From contig NC_091471.1 of NCBI RefSeq assembly GCF_036971445.1, forward strand, positions 370,698,001 through 370,762,000: a stretch of DNA of 64,000 nt, read 5' to 3'. Each line of letters opens with the position of its first letter. Positions within the stretch are counted from its first letter, which is position 1. The notes beneath the pieces are model-generated. The model was not told the DNA's origin. It ran no database searches and worked only from the letters and a program-made list of their open reading frames with translations. Source of the stretch: Narcine bancroftii (taxonomy: Eukaryota). Positions 50,101 to 61,600 of the stretch are shown in pieces. The position numbers and the translations under genes were made by a program.

Positions 50101-53100
50101 TACTCGAGATGGCAGAGGTCGACAGCATCGAGTCCACGCTGCTGAAGATCCAGCTGCGCTGGATGGGTCACGTCTCCAGAATGGAGGACCATCGCCTTCC
50201 CAAGATCGTGTTATATGGCGAGCTCTCCACTGGCCACCGTGACAGAGGTGCACCAAAGAAAAGGTACAAGGACTGCCTAAAGAAATCTCTTGGTGCCTGC
50301 CACATTGACCACCGCCAGTGGGCTGATAGCGCCTCAAACCGTGCATCTTGGCGCCTCACAGTTTGGCGGGCAGCAACCTCCTTTGAAGAAGACCGCAGAG
50401 CCCACCTCACTGACAAAAGGCAAAGGAGGAAAAACCCAACACCCAACCCCAACCAACCAATTTTCCCCTGCAACCGCTTCAACCGTGTCTGCCTGTCCCG
50501 CATCGGACTTGTCAGCCACAAACGAGCCTGCAGCTGACGTGGACTTTTTACCCCCTCCATAAATCTTCGTCCGCGAAGCCTAGCCAAAGAAATCAACAAA
50601 TATTCAAGGTTTCCCTTCACGATATCCTGCCCTGACATCTCGTCATCGTCTGTTATTAAAGCACTTAACTGAATCTTCAGTATTTTTGTTTTTCCCAGTT
50701 ACATTCATACAGAGGCTCAGCATTTATGAGCGCAGAGCTACGCCAGGCTCTGTTACACAAGGGGATTTCCACCAGCCGCCCCACGAGCTACAACCCCCAG
50801 GGCAATCGGCAGGTCGAAAGGGCTAACGCCACTGTCTGGAAGACTGTTAACCTCGCGCTAAAGACACATGGTTACCCTGTTACCCGGTGGCAGGAGGTGC
50901 TGCCTGAGGCGCTACATTCTATTTGGTCCCTATTATGTACAACCACAAATCAAACACCTTATGTTTACTTTTCCTAGGAAATCAGGGACTGTGATGGACT
51001 GGCCAGCCTGTCTATCTGAACCTGGAACCATGCTGCTGAAGAGACACGCTCGGAAGCGTAAAACGGACCCTCTAGTCCAGCCAGTTCAACTACTGCACAC
51101 TAATCCCAATTATGTCCATGTTAAATTTCCAGATGGGAGCACGGACACAGTACCCCTAAGAGATCTAGCCCCGCCTAGTTCACCCTCTCTGCTCGCCTTC
51201 TACCAATAAAATTGAAGTGCCAGTTAATTAAGAAATCTATGTAATTAACCTGTAATCATGGCTTTTATTAGTAGAAACTCAGTAGTACAATAATGAATGA
51301 TGATGGGCCAAGGGGAGTGTCTTTAGTGGTAGAGATAATACATGTCCAATGTCAGTAGAGCAGTCTAAGCACAGTGAAAGACTGACAGCTCGACACCGAT
51401 TCATCACAAATATTTATCATGAAAATGTTTATGAACACAGAGGTATATCCCACTTTACAAAACTAGAGTGCTCCTACGGAACCTTTCAAAAGCTGAAATG
51501 GTGGAAAGCAAAGAAGTAATTATCATTGATTTCCATGGGAAAAATTTTTTTTAGTGTTCCCAGACCCAAAAAACAGCACAACAAATCCTACCAAATAACA
51601 CCTAAAACCTAAAATAATATAGTAAAAGCAGGAATTATGTGATAAATACACAGCCTATATAAAGTAGAAATAATGTACATACCGTGTAGTTTCACTTACC
51701 AAAATCAGGAAGACAGCGAGTTTTGACAGCCCTGTGGCCACCCCACCACCACCCCACATGGACCGCCCCACCACTGCCCCACACTGACTGCCCCACCACC
51801 ACCCTGTGGCCACCCCATCACCACCCCACATGGACCGCCCCACCACTGCCCCACACTGACTGCCCCACCACCACCCTGTGGCAACCTGCCACCACCCCAC
51901 ATGGACCCGGCCCATCACTGCCCCACACTGACTGCCCCACCGCCACCCTGTGGCAACCTGCCACCACCCCACACAGACCGCCTCACCACTCCCCCACACT
52001 GACTGCCCCACCATCACCCCACACGGACCTCCCCACCACTGCCCCACACTGACTCTCCCGCCAGCCGCCCTGTAACTGCCCTGCCGGCCACCCTGTGACC
52101 ACCCCACTGGCCAACATGTGACAACCCCGTGACCTCCCCCTACCCCCACTACCCAAGTAGCCCGATAACAGCTCCACTGGCTGCTTTTTCATAAAATGAA
52201 AATCTTTTTGTAAAACCAAACACATTTCTTAGTAAAAAGAGAATTTGCATAAACCAAGTATTCATAAAGCAGGGTATGTCTGTCGTAAAATGGGGTATAC
52301 CTGTACTTGAGAAATATTTCTTCACTTCATATTTATTCTCAGCATCATTCCACACGGCACAGGTATAGTTATGCTCTGAGTTGCTATCCGATATTCCGAT
52401 TGGAAGTACGCTGGTGATATTGAACAGCCCTTGAGAGGTTTCTTCTATATTGGTTTCTACATCAGGTGCGAAGCTCCTTCTTCCATCAACACTCCAGTGA
52501 ATCTGAGCAGAAGGATATCCAATTGTCTGACAAAAGATCGCTTTTTCCATTTTTCTGAAATTTTGGATTGTCATTTTTGGCAAAGTGTACGGAGCTAAAA
52601 AAGGATCACATCTTGTTACTGAATAACATTGGCCAGATATTTCACTACCTCAAACTCTGGAACAATTAGGAGTAGCCAGTTTTCAAAAAGAAAAATAATC
52701 ACGGGGAAGTAGGACCATTACCCACCTTTAAATGTTACACTGATAGCAGCAGAGTTGAAGCCAAGGTTTGTTTCCAAATCATAGTGGTATCTCCCTCCGT
52801 CAGAGACTTGTGTTTTCTGAATTACCAGCGATATATTTTGTAAATCTTGACAAAGTAATTTAATTCGATTCTGTTTTTCGCTGCCACTTTCAAGAGTGTT
52901 AAAGTAAAAAACAGACTCATTTCCTTCATCTTTAAATAGTTGAAGTTTTATAAATGTACTTGGCTTTATTGTTTCCAAACTGCATGGTAGAATAGTATCC
53001 TCATTAAATGTTCCTGTCACAGTCTTGTCGCACTTCAAAGTCATGAACTCTGAAAATCAACAACTTCCATTAACATCTATCTTCTGTTTACAATTAGTGG

Positions 53101-53202
53101 AGAATGAGCCATTGATCGAGAAGTGGTTCACTACTTACGTTGTGCAGATTGAGTACTTGCATACAGCATGAAAACAAAGCATATTTTTAGGTCTACGTCC
53201 AT
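40997..53202 (-). CDS. SECTM1-like / B7-family-like type I membrane protein (leader-IgV-IgC-TM); join(53139-53202,52726-53049,52301-52594,40997-41140) plus an unresolved cytoplasmic end
   Basis: Four GT-AG exons, all phase 1, giving 275 open codons. IgV has C-x15-C and DGGRYHY (no F-strand Cys). IgC has APYTLP..C..GYP..W..GLFNITS.L..NYTC, as in B7 proteins. TM ITVVCIVFGGLLAAIFILVGC is followed by RLRRK. Lies upstream of the CD7-like gene on the same strand. Confidence 0.8.
41328..43140 (-). mobile_element. Rex1/Babar LINE remnant with internal insertions
   Basis: (AGAATC)n tail at 41328, HPGHALFTL, NTGTPQGC; colinear with 3580-5125. Confidence 0.65.
46029..48586 (+). mobile_element. CR1 LINE (partial endonuclease plus RT, frameshifted)
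   Basis: RT motifs in ORFs 46944..48193, (GGTTATAT)n tail, 16-bp near-TSD GGGTCCAGAAG(T/C)CCTG at 46013-46028 and 48587-48602. Confidence 0.9.
49061..50591 (+). mobile_element. Young RTE-clade LINE, 5'-truncated, 457-aa open RT frame
   Basis: Near-identical protein to the 29087-31379 copy. Confidence 0.93.
51728..52060. repeat. C-rich minisatellite, ~70-bp compound unit (CCCTGTGGCCACCCCACCACCACCCCACATGGACCGCCCCACCACTGCCCCACACTGACTGCCCCACCACCA)
   Basis: About 5 imperfect copies; explains ORFs 51655..52149. Confidence 0.85.
52301..52594 (-). CDS. SECTM1/B7-like gene: B7-type IgC exon (98 codons)
   Basis: Acceptor ccttttttAG, donor G|GTATAC; APYTLPKMT...IFCQTIGYPSAQIHW...GLFNITSVL...NYTCAVWN. 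Confidence 0.9.
52726..53049 (-). CDS. SECTM1/B7-like gene: atypical IgV exon (108 codons)
   Basis: Acceptor ttttcAG, donor G|GTGGGT; QFMTLKCDKTVTGTFNEDTILPC...IKLQLFKDEGNESVFY...NISLVIQKTQVSDGGRYHYDLET...ISVTFK. Confidence 0.88.
53139..53202 (-). CDS. SECTM1/B7-like gene: signal peptide exon MDVDLKICFVFMLYASTQSAQ
   Basis: ATG at 53202, donor C|GTAAGT (phase 1), 89-nt intron to the V exon. An acceptor (ttttttgtgtatcagcAG, ~53221) lies just upstream, implying a non-coding first exon. Confidence 0.8.
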
Positions 53203-54899
53203 TTACAGAATTCAGTTCTCCTGCTGATACACAAAAAACATTAAACATCCAGAAATCAAACAAAGCCTCTTTTTGTTTTGCTTGTGTGACACAGTATATT
53301 GCATATCATAAGGAACATATAAGGAACAATAAATCACGTCAACTACATTGGTGTTGCTAAAAAAAATGACTGATCAGAATTAATAACTACGGTTAAATCA
53401 AATAATTTTATTTGTTGCTTTCCTAAAAGTATCACAGCAAGATCCCTACATCAACACAAACAGTTAATAACTTGTATTTCTCCAAGAGAATTTCCCATCC
53501 ACCAACTATTGGCTTCAGACGCTTTATTCAACTCGCCGTGAGTACTTGAGTTAGCTCTAACAGGAAGTGGCAGAATTTCCTTCCATAACTCAAATGGAAT
53601 ATTAGAAAAACAGATTAATTTCTGGTCATGTTATTCCATGATATCCTATCAGAATCTTGGGTTTCTCATTCAAGAATAAACAATATACTTCCCTAGACTG
53701 ACGTGAGCTGAGACAAATATTGGACAAGCAACTTGAGCAATCAGGAAAGCCTCCATAAAGTAACCCTCCAGTTTTCTCAGCATTTAATGATCTCCTTGAG
53801 GCTCCTGGAAGTTTCATTTGCTGTGTGACTTCAAAGTGCAGATGCAAACATTCAAATCAGGTGCAATTCACCATGATTTGCTTTATTGTAACATCATCTC
53901 TGCATTCCCAATCACACCAAGTAACTTTTCACCCCTCGCTTCATATCGAGAATTGGCTAACTCTTCCTAAAAAATATTCCATGTCTCTGTTTATCACTCT
54001 TTGATGAAGAGGCTCCGAGAGACCCACACCTTCAGAGAAAAATAAAATTCACCTCATTTCTTTCTTTAGATTCAACTTTAGATTCTCCTGCAAGAGGAAA
54101 CATCCTTTCTCTATCACATGAGGAAAACTCAAGATATTATACCTTTTAACTAATATCCCTCTCATTCTTTGAACTTCCAGCAAAGATTTGTCTTGTCTGT
54201 CTAACTTCACCTGCTCATTACTAGATTTAGGGTTTGGGTCTTTAAAAATATTGAATAAAATAAATTAGATAAAGTTGTGTTCCTTTAACTTGAAAATATT
54301 GCTCAGTCATTGTCACAGTGGGCCAAGGCATGTTAGGCCAGAAGCCACGTGGGCCTTAGACTGAAAAGATGAGAACCACTGGGCCTAATGAATCTTCTTT
54401 GGAGAACCCCAAACATTTGCATTCTTTCTTAAATCCTCACAATAATTTGGATTTTGAATCACTGATACCCTATTATCACTGAAGCATTACCTCTCCACTT
54501 TTCATACAATTATAGAGAGCTCCACAGCACAGAAGCAGTCCGCAAGCCCCAACTTGTGCCCGCTGACCAAGCTAGTTGCATTTGCCTCATTCCACTGGGG
54601 GCTTATATCCTTCTAACCCTTTCCTGCCTTTACCCAAGTGTCTTTTAAACATTACAATTTTACTTGCCTTTATTACTTCCTCTGGCAATTCATTCCATAC
54701 ACCCATCACCATCTGCACCGTTCAAGTCCCTAATAAATCTTTCCAGTCCCACCTTAAGTCTGTGCCTTGAGTTTTATATTCCCTTATTCTGGGGAAAAAA
54801 AGACTATGACTATTTAACCTATCTCTGCTCCTCAAGATTTTATGAGATCCCCTGAGATTCCGATGCTTCAGAGCACAGTCCTATCCAGAACTTGTAAGA

Positions 54900-57800
54900 A
54901 CATATTTAACCATATAACAGTTTATGGGATGGAAACAGGCCATCTCGGCTCTTCAAGTCCACGCCGATTCACTCAAACAACTCCACTAGATCCCCCCACC
55001 TATTCTCCGCCCATAACCCTCCAACTCCCTCCTATCCACGTATATATCCAGCCTCCTCTTAAATGAAAGAATTGATTCTGCCTCAACTATTTCCTCCAGA
55101 AGATTATTCCATTCAGTCACCAATCCTTGAGGCACACTGCTCGTCACAGGCTTCCATCCTGACAGACAGTTGTCCACCATGACCCTCTGCTGTCTCTCCT
55201 CCAGCCACCTCTGAACCCATCTTGCTATTTCTCTATTAATCCCTAGTGATTGAACCTTCCTGACTAACCTTTCATGTTGAACCTTATTAAAAGCTTGCTA
55301 AAATCCAGATAGACTACATCAACTGCCCTACCTTCATCCACCTTTCTTGTCACTTCTTCAAAAAACTCAACAGGTTTGTCAAACGTGACTTCCCCTTCAC
55401 AAACCCATGCTAGGTGCTCCTGATCAATCCCTGCTTATCTAGATATTTATACACACCATCTCTAAGAATACCCTCCATAACTTTCCCTACCACCGAAGTC
55501 AAGCTTACAGGCCTATAATTATTTGGCCGACACCTCGTGCCTTTTTTAAACAATGGAACTACATTAGCAACCCTCCAATCCCACGGCACCACACTCTCCT
55601 CCAGTGATTGTTGAAAAATCACTGACACTGCCTCCGCTATTTGCTCCCTGACCTCCCTTAATGTCCTGGGGAAAATCCCATCAGGACCGGAGTCTTATCC
55701 ACTTTTACTGACCCTAGAAGCTCCAAAACCCTCTCTTTACTAATCCCTATCTTTTCTCCATAACTAAGCCATTTACCTCACTTATCTCACTTAGTCCAAT
55801 GTCCTTTTCCTTCATGAACACAGATGAGAAAATATCGTTTAATATCTCTCCCATCTGATACGGTTCCTCGCACAGTTCACCGCTCTCATTTTCCAGCGGT
55901 CTTATTCTATCCTTAACCCTCCTTTTACTATTCACATATCTGTAAAAACCCTTAGATTCACTTCTACCTTATCAGCTATTGACAGCTATGTGAGCCAGAT
56001 AAATATACCCACATGGTGTGCTGCCTCCCTGGTGCAAGGGTACGAGATATCACAAATCAGGTCCAAAATATTCTGAGAGGAGAGGGAGAGCAGCCTGATG
56101 TCTTGGTACATGTGTGTACAAATGACATTGACAAGAAAAGGGAGGAGGTAATGGAAAGGGATTACAGTGAGCTGGGACGAAAGCTGAAAGACAGGAACGC
56201 TAGGGTGGTGATCTCGGGATTACTACCTGTTCCAAATGCAAGAGATGAAAAGAATGTAAGGATAAGGAAAATGAACGTGTGGCTGAGGGGCTGGTGTACA
56301 AGGCAAGGATTTGGATTCTTGGATCATTGGGATCTCTTTTGGGGAAGGCATGATCTTTACAAGAGGGACGGGTTGCACCTAAATCCAAAAGGTGTCAACA
56401 TTTTGGCAAGTATGTTTGGTACAGCAGTGGGGCAAGGTTTAAACTAATTTGGCAGGGGTATGGGAACCTGAGTGATAGGGAAAAGGGTAGGGAAGACAAA
56501 GAAATGGCCAGGAAAAGTAAAATAGGAAAAGTAATGTTGGGAGGAGAAAGTAAAAAATCAGATGGTGCAGTGAGTTTTCGGGTCAATGAGAGTGTTAAGA
56601 AAATTACAAAGAAAAATAGTGGGCAGAAAAATCAAAAGGAAAGGTTACAGAAGTCACTAGATATTAAAAGGACAAAGAGCATAAGGGCACTTTATCTGAA
56701 TGCCAGCAGTATTAGAAATAAGGTTAGTAAACTTGAGACGCAAATCGGTACCCATGCCTATGATTGGGTAGCCATCACGGAAACATGGCTACAAGCTGAC
56801 CCTAAATGGGAATTAAACTTTCAAAGGTATCAGGTGGTGCAAAGAGATAGACAGGATGGTAAGGGAAGTGGAGTTGCACTCTTTATCAGAGATGATCTCC
56901 AGGCAATAGTGAAGGATGATATAAGATCTAAAGAGCATAATGTTGAGTCCATTTGGATAGAGATAAAGAATAACAAAGGGAAAAATTATTGGTGGGTGTT
57001 ATCTATTGCCCACCAAATAACAATAGTTTAGTGGCACAAGAAATAAATAGAGAGATAAGTGAGGCATTTAATAATGATACAGCAGTAGTCATGAGGAACT
57101 TTAACTTTCACATAGATTGGGAAAGTCAAGTTGGTCATGGGAGTCTGGAAGAGGACTTCATGGAATGCATCCGCGATAGCTTTCTTGAGCAGCAGGTTAA
57201 GGAACCCACAAGAGAAAATGCTCTCCTGGATCTCGTGTTGTGCAATGAGATAGGTGAGTAAATGATGTAATCGTCAGAGATCATCTGGGAAATAGCGATC
57301 ATAGTCGGATTGAATTTCCCATTCAGATGGAAGGGGAAATAGTTAGATCTAAAACTAATATATTATGCTTAAACAGGGGTGACTAGGATGAGGGAGCAAT
57401 TGGGCAGAGTGGACTGGGAGCACAGGCTAATTGATGAAACAGTTGAGGAACCGTGGAAGATTTTCAAAGAAATATTTTGTAATGTTCAACAAAAATATAT
57501 TCCGGTCAGGAAAAAGGGCTGCAAGGGAGGGAAAAATCAACCGTGGTTAACAAAGGAAATAAAGGAGAGTATAAAATTGAAGGCGCAGGTGTACAAAGCT
57601 GCAAAGAGCAGTGGGAAACTGGAAGATTGGGAAAACTTTAAGAGACAACAAGGGGTTACAAAGCGGGTAATAAGAAATGGGATAAAGGATTATGAAAGTA
57701 AATTGGCACAAAATATAAAAACAGAAAGCAAAAAATTTTATAAATGTATAAAATGGAAGAGGGTGGCCAGAGTTAACGTAGGACCCTTGGAGGGTGAGAA

Positions 57801-60800
57801 AGGAAAACTGGTAGCAAAACATGAGGAAATGGCCGAGGCATTAAACAAATATTTTGTGTCAGTCTTTACGGTGGAAGACACGTCCAGCATGCCCAAGTGC
57901 GGAGTTAAGGATGCGAATGTTGGGGAGGGCCTTGATAAAATAGTTGTTACAAAGGAAGTAGTGATGGAGAAACTAATGGGACGAAAGCCAGACAAATCAC
58001 CTGGTCCTGATGATATGCATCCAAGGGTTCTGAAGGAAATGGCACAAGTTAGAGTTGATGCATTGGTGGTCATAGACCAAAATTCCTTGGATTCTGGGCA
58101 GGTCCTGGCAGACTGGAAAACAGCAAATGTCACGCCACTTTTTAAGAAGGGATGTAGGGAGAAGACTGGAAATTATCGGCCAATTAGCTTGACGTCTGTA
58201 GTTGGAAAAATGCTTGAAGCCGTCATTAAAGATGAAATAGTGAAACTTTTGGAACGTAAGGGTTCAATCAGGCAGACGCAGCATGGTTTTAGTAAGGCAA
58301 GATCTTGTTTGACAAACTTGTTAGGATTCTTTGAGGATATAATGGGTGCGGTGGATAGAGGGGAACAGGTTGATGTTGTCTATTTGGATTTCCAGAAAGC
58401 GTTTGATAAGATGACACACAAGAGACTTATCAGTAAGTTACAGGAAAGTGGAGTCCGGGGAAGTCTATTAGCATGGATCGAAAATTGGTTGTCTGACAGG
58501 AGGCAGAGAGTTGGGATAAATGGGAGTTTTTCAGGTTGGCAGAGAGTGGTAAGTGGGGTGCCGCAGGGGTCAGTGTTAGGCCCACAACTGTTCACCATTT
58601 ACATTGATGACTTGGAGGAGGGGACAAAATGTGCTGTAGCCAAGTTTGCGGATGACACCAAATTGAGTGGAAGAGCAAACTGTAATGAGGATGTGGAGAG
58701 TCTGCAGAGGGATAGAGTTAAGCTGGATGAGTGGGCAAAGGTCTGGCAGATGGAGTTCAATGTTAGTAAGTGTGAGGTTATCCACTTTGGCAAGAAAAAT
58801 AAAAGAGCTGAATATTATTTAAAGGGTGAAAAACTACAGCATGCTGTTGTACAGAGGGACTTGGGAGGGCTTGTGCATGAATCGCAAAAAGTTAGATTGC
58901 AGGTGCAGCAGGTTATTAAGAAGGCAAGTGGAATGTTGGCCTTCATCGCGAGAGGAATTGAATTCAGGAGTAGGGAGGTAATGTTACAACTGTATAAGGT
59001 ACTGGTGAGACCGCACCTGGAGGACTGTGTCCAGTTCTGATCTCCATATTTGAGGAAGGATACACTGGCTTTGGAGACGGTCCAGAGGAGGTTTATTAGG
59101 TTGATCCCTGGGATGAAGGGGTTGACTTATGATGAAAGATTAAATCGTCTCAGATTGTATTTGCTCGAGTTCAGAAGAATGAGAGGAGATCTTATAGAAA
59201 CATATAGGATTATGAAGGGTATGGATAGGATAGATGTAGGAAGGTTTTTTGAGCTGGCCGGGGAAACTAAAATGAGAGGACACAGTCTCAAGATTCGGGG
59301 GAGTAGATTTAGGACAGAGATGAAGAAAAATAGTTTTTCTCAGAGTAGTGAATGTTTGGAGTTCTCTATCCAGGGAAGTAGTTGAGGCTGCCTCATTAAA
59401 CATACTTAAAATTCAGTTAGATACATTTTTACAAGATAGAGGAATTAGGGGATACGGGGAGAAGGCAGGTAGGTGGAGTTAGGTCATAAATTGGATCAGC
59501 CATGATCTTATTGAATGGCAGAGCAGGCTCGATGGGCCATTTTTGGCCTACTCCTGTTCCTACTTCCTATGTCCTATGTATCCCTTCTTTTTGCCTTTCT
59601 AATTTCCTTCTTAAGGTTTTTTCTGCAATCTATGTAATAATTATATCTTATCCATTTTTTGCTTCTTAAATTTAATAAATGTCCCCCTCTTATCCCGAAC
59701 CAACTTCGTTTTTTTCCCAGAAAACCACGGTTCCCTTAGGCTTTTGACCTTGCCTTTCGATCTGACTGGCACGTAAAGATCCCGAACTCACAATATCTCT
59801 TCTTTAAATACCCTCCAAATCTCCTCTACATCCTTTCCAGCAAAAAAGATCAGCCTATATAATTTTCAGCAAATCCCTTCTAATTTCTTCAAATCTAGCC
59901 TACCCCCACTCGAAGACCTTCAACCTCGGACCTGACCTATCTCTTTCCATATTTAAGTTGAAGCCATGATCAGTGGATCCAAAGTTCTCACCAATCTGCC
60001 CTATTCCGTTCCCTAACAATAGATCTAACTCTGCCTCCCCTCTAGTAGACACTTCAACCTACTGGTGTATAAAGCAATCCTGCACAAAGACTAAGCCAAC
60101 CTGCCCTCTCACTGATTGTGTTTCCCAATCAATGTTCAGAAAATTGAAATCCCCAACTATCAAAACCCTATTTCTACTGTACATCTCAGTTATTTCCCTG
60201 CACATTTGCTCTTCCGGTTCCCTATCCTTTTTTGGTGGCCTATAATAGACCCCTATATTTGTAGCCTCACCTTTCTTATTTTTTAGTTCAACCCACAGAG
60301 CCTCGCGCGATGAGTCTACCTCAGGACCGCTGTAATATCTTCCCTGACAAGCAACGCCACACCTCCCCCTCGTACCCCGCCAATTCTGTCATGTCTAAAG
60401 CAGCGAAATCCCGGAATATTTAGATGCCAGTCACAACCTTCCTTCAACCACGTCTCACAAATTGCTCTCAGATCATAAGGCCACGTGTCAATCCACACCA
60501 TTAGTTCATCCACCTTATTTACCACACTCCTTGCATTGAAATAAATGCATCTCAGAGATCTTTCACCTTTAACTTCCTGCCTCTCACCCTCTCTACAATT
60601 GTTACTACGGCCACTATTTATTACCTGCTGCTGTTCCACCTCCAGATCGTAAAAAAGCCATTTTTCTTTGCCTAAAGACTTTGTTCTTGCTATCCTCCCT
60701 GACACGAACCCTGGTCCCCAACCTTACTGGTTTAAAGCCCTTGCCAGGAGACTGGTACCTCTGGGATTTAGATGTAACCCATCCTGACAGTCGAGGTCCC

Positions 60801-60860
60801 ATCTCCCCCAGAAACGGTCCCAGTGTCCAAGAACAGTGCATTCCAATTCCCTGAGCAAAA
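54900..60860 (-). mobile_element. Older CR1 LINE (ORF1 esterase remnant, endonuclease, deleted RT, 3' tail), split by a younger CR1
   Basis: Pieces 54900-55977 and 59580-60860 join in ORF2 (IRKAKRR|ADKVEVN); CIYFNARS..ICETWL at 60316..60705; DGLHLN at ~60770; AACCATAT tail at ~54905. Confidence 0.8.
55985..59579 (+). mobile_element. Near full-length CR1 LINE (ORF1 SGNH esterase, ORF2 APE plus RT, disrupted)
   Basis: VCCLPGA..HVCTND..DGLHLN; LYLNASSI..AITETW; 553-aa RT ORF with FADD; (CCTATGT)n tail. Confidence 0.92.
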
Positions 60861-61369
60861 CTTTCCGCATTGTTCCCTCCAGCTGATTGGTGCATTTGTG
60901 GTCACCACTCTCTAATTGCTCAACAATGGATGGCAGAGCGTCTGCTTCTCAATCACCCAACTTGACAGGAGAACTGTGTTGGGAATTTTGAAGCAGGAGT
61001 TTGCCGAGATGATGGAAAACAAATAGAGGGCAAGGGTCGGGAATGAGAGGACACGTTAATATTTGAAAGTTCTCACTTCCAGTGCTCTTGAACAGCCCAG
61101 TCAAGCCACCCACTCATCTGCACAAGTTCCAACCGCGGTCTGGCATGTCACCTTCATCATTCGCAAGCCCAGCTGTCGAGAGAGACAAACATTGTTGAAA
61201 TGGAAGCCAAACGCTTCCAGTTTCTCTCCTTGGGGCGTGGAGTGTGAGCCGACTTGACCTGGGCAGAGCAGCGCCGTCAGATGCTGCGATTGCGTGAATC
61301 GGACCCAGCCGACCTCTTCCTCTCCGACTTGCTCTTTCGCTGCCAAAACGCGATCCCGAAGCTTTGTAC

Positions 61370-61600
61370 CTGACCTTGAACTTCCCCAGTTGTCCGGCCG
61401 CAACTCCCGTCACTCGCTGCCCACCAGACCGCTCCAGGAAATGGGAGCCTGGAAATGATCCAGGACACCAGCAAAAAGTGCAGGAAATCCCCAGCATTGG
61501 GCAAGTTCGCAAACCACTCCCATTTCTTGAAACAACTCGCTTTTCCCAGCCTGGCCGCACTTCTCCCGCTTTCACTTTCCGAGAAGACGGAGACCAGATG
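61370..61600 (-). promoter_or_regulatory. Putative interferon/NF-kB-responsive promoter and non-coding exon 1 of the SECTM1/B7-like gene
   Basis: CpG-rich segment not recognisable as a repeat (~61100-61760). Donor CAG|GTACAA at 61370/61369; kB site GGGGATTTCC (61483-61492, minus strand); ISRE/IRF-E GGAAAGTGAAAG (61569-61580, minus) overlapping GAS TTCCGAGAA (61577-61585); near-GAS TTCTTGAAA (61524-61532). Confidence 0.6.

Larger units (their letters stand above)
45312..51408 (-). mobile_element. Gypsy-type LTR element with a rearranged, nested interior, in the IgC-TM intron
   Basis: Direct LTRs at 45312-45530 and 51213-51408, near-TSD AATAG/AATAT, minus-strand PPT at 45531-45542 and PBS-like TGGTAG ending at 51205. 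Pol pieces at 48603-49050 and 50592-51190 read on the plus strand. Confidence 0.75.

Noticed and set aside
52301-53049. Straight call as PD-L1, CD276 or CD80/86
   Set aside because: The IgC fits B7, but the IgV lacks the canonical Trp and F-strand Cys found in those proteins; no gene symbol assigned without phylogeny.
52726-53049. Pseudogene, because the IgV F-strand Cys is missing
   Set aside because: All exons are open with intact, phase-compatible splice sites, and a compensating A-strand Cys is present, as in SECTM1.
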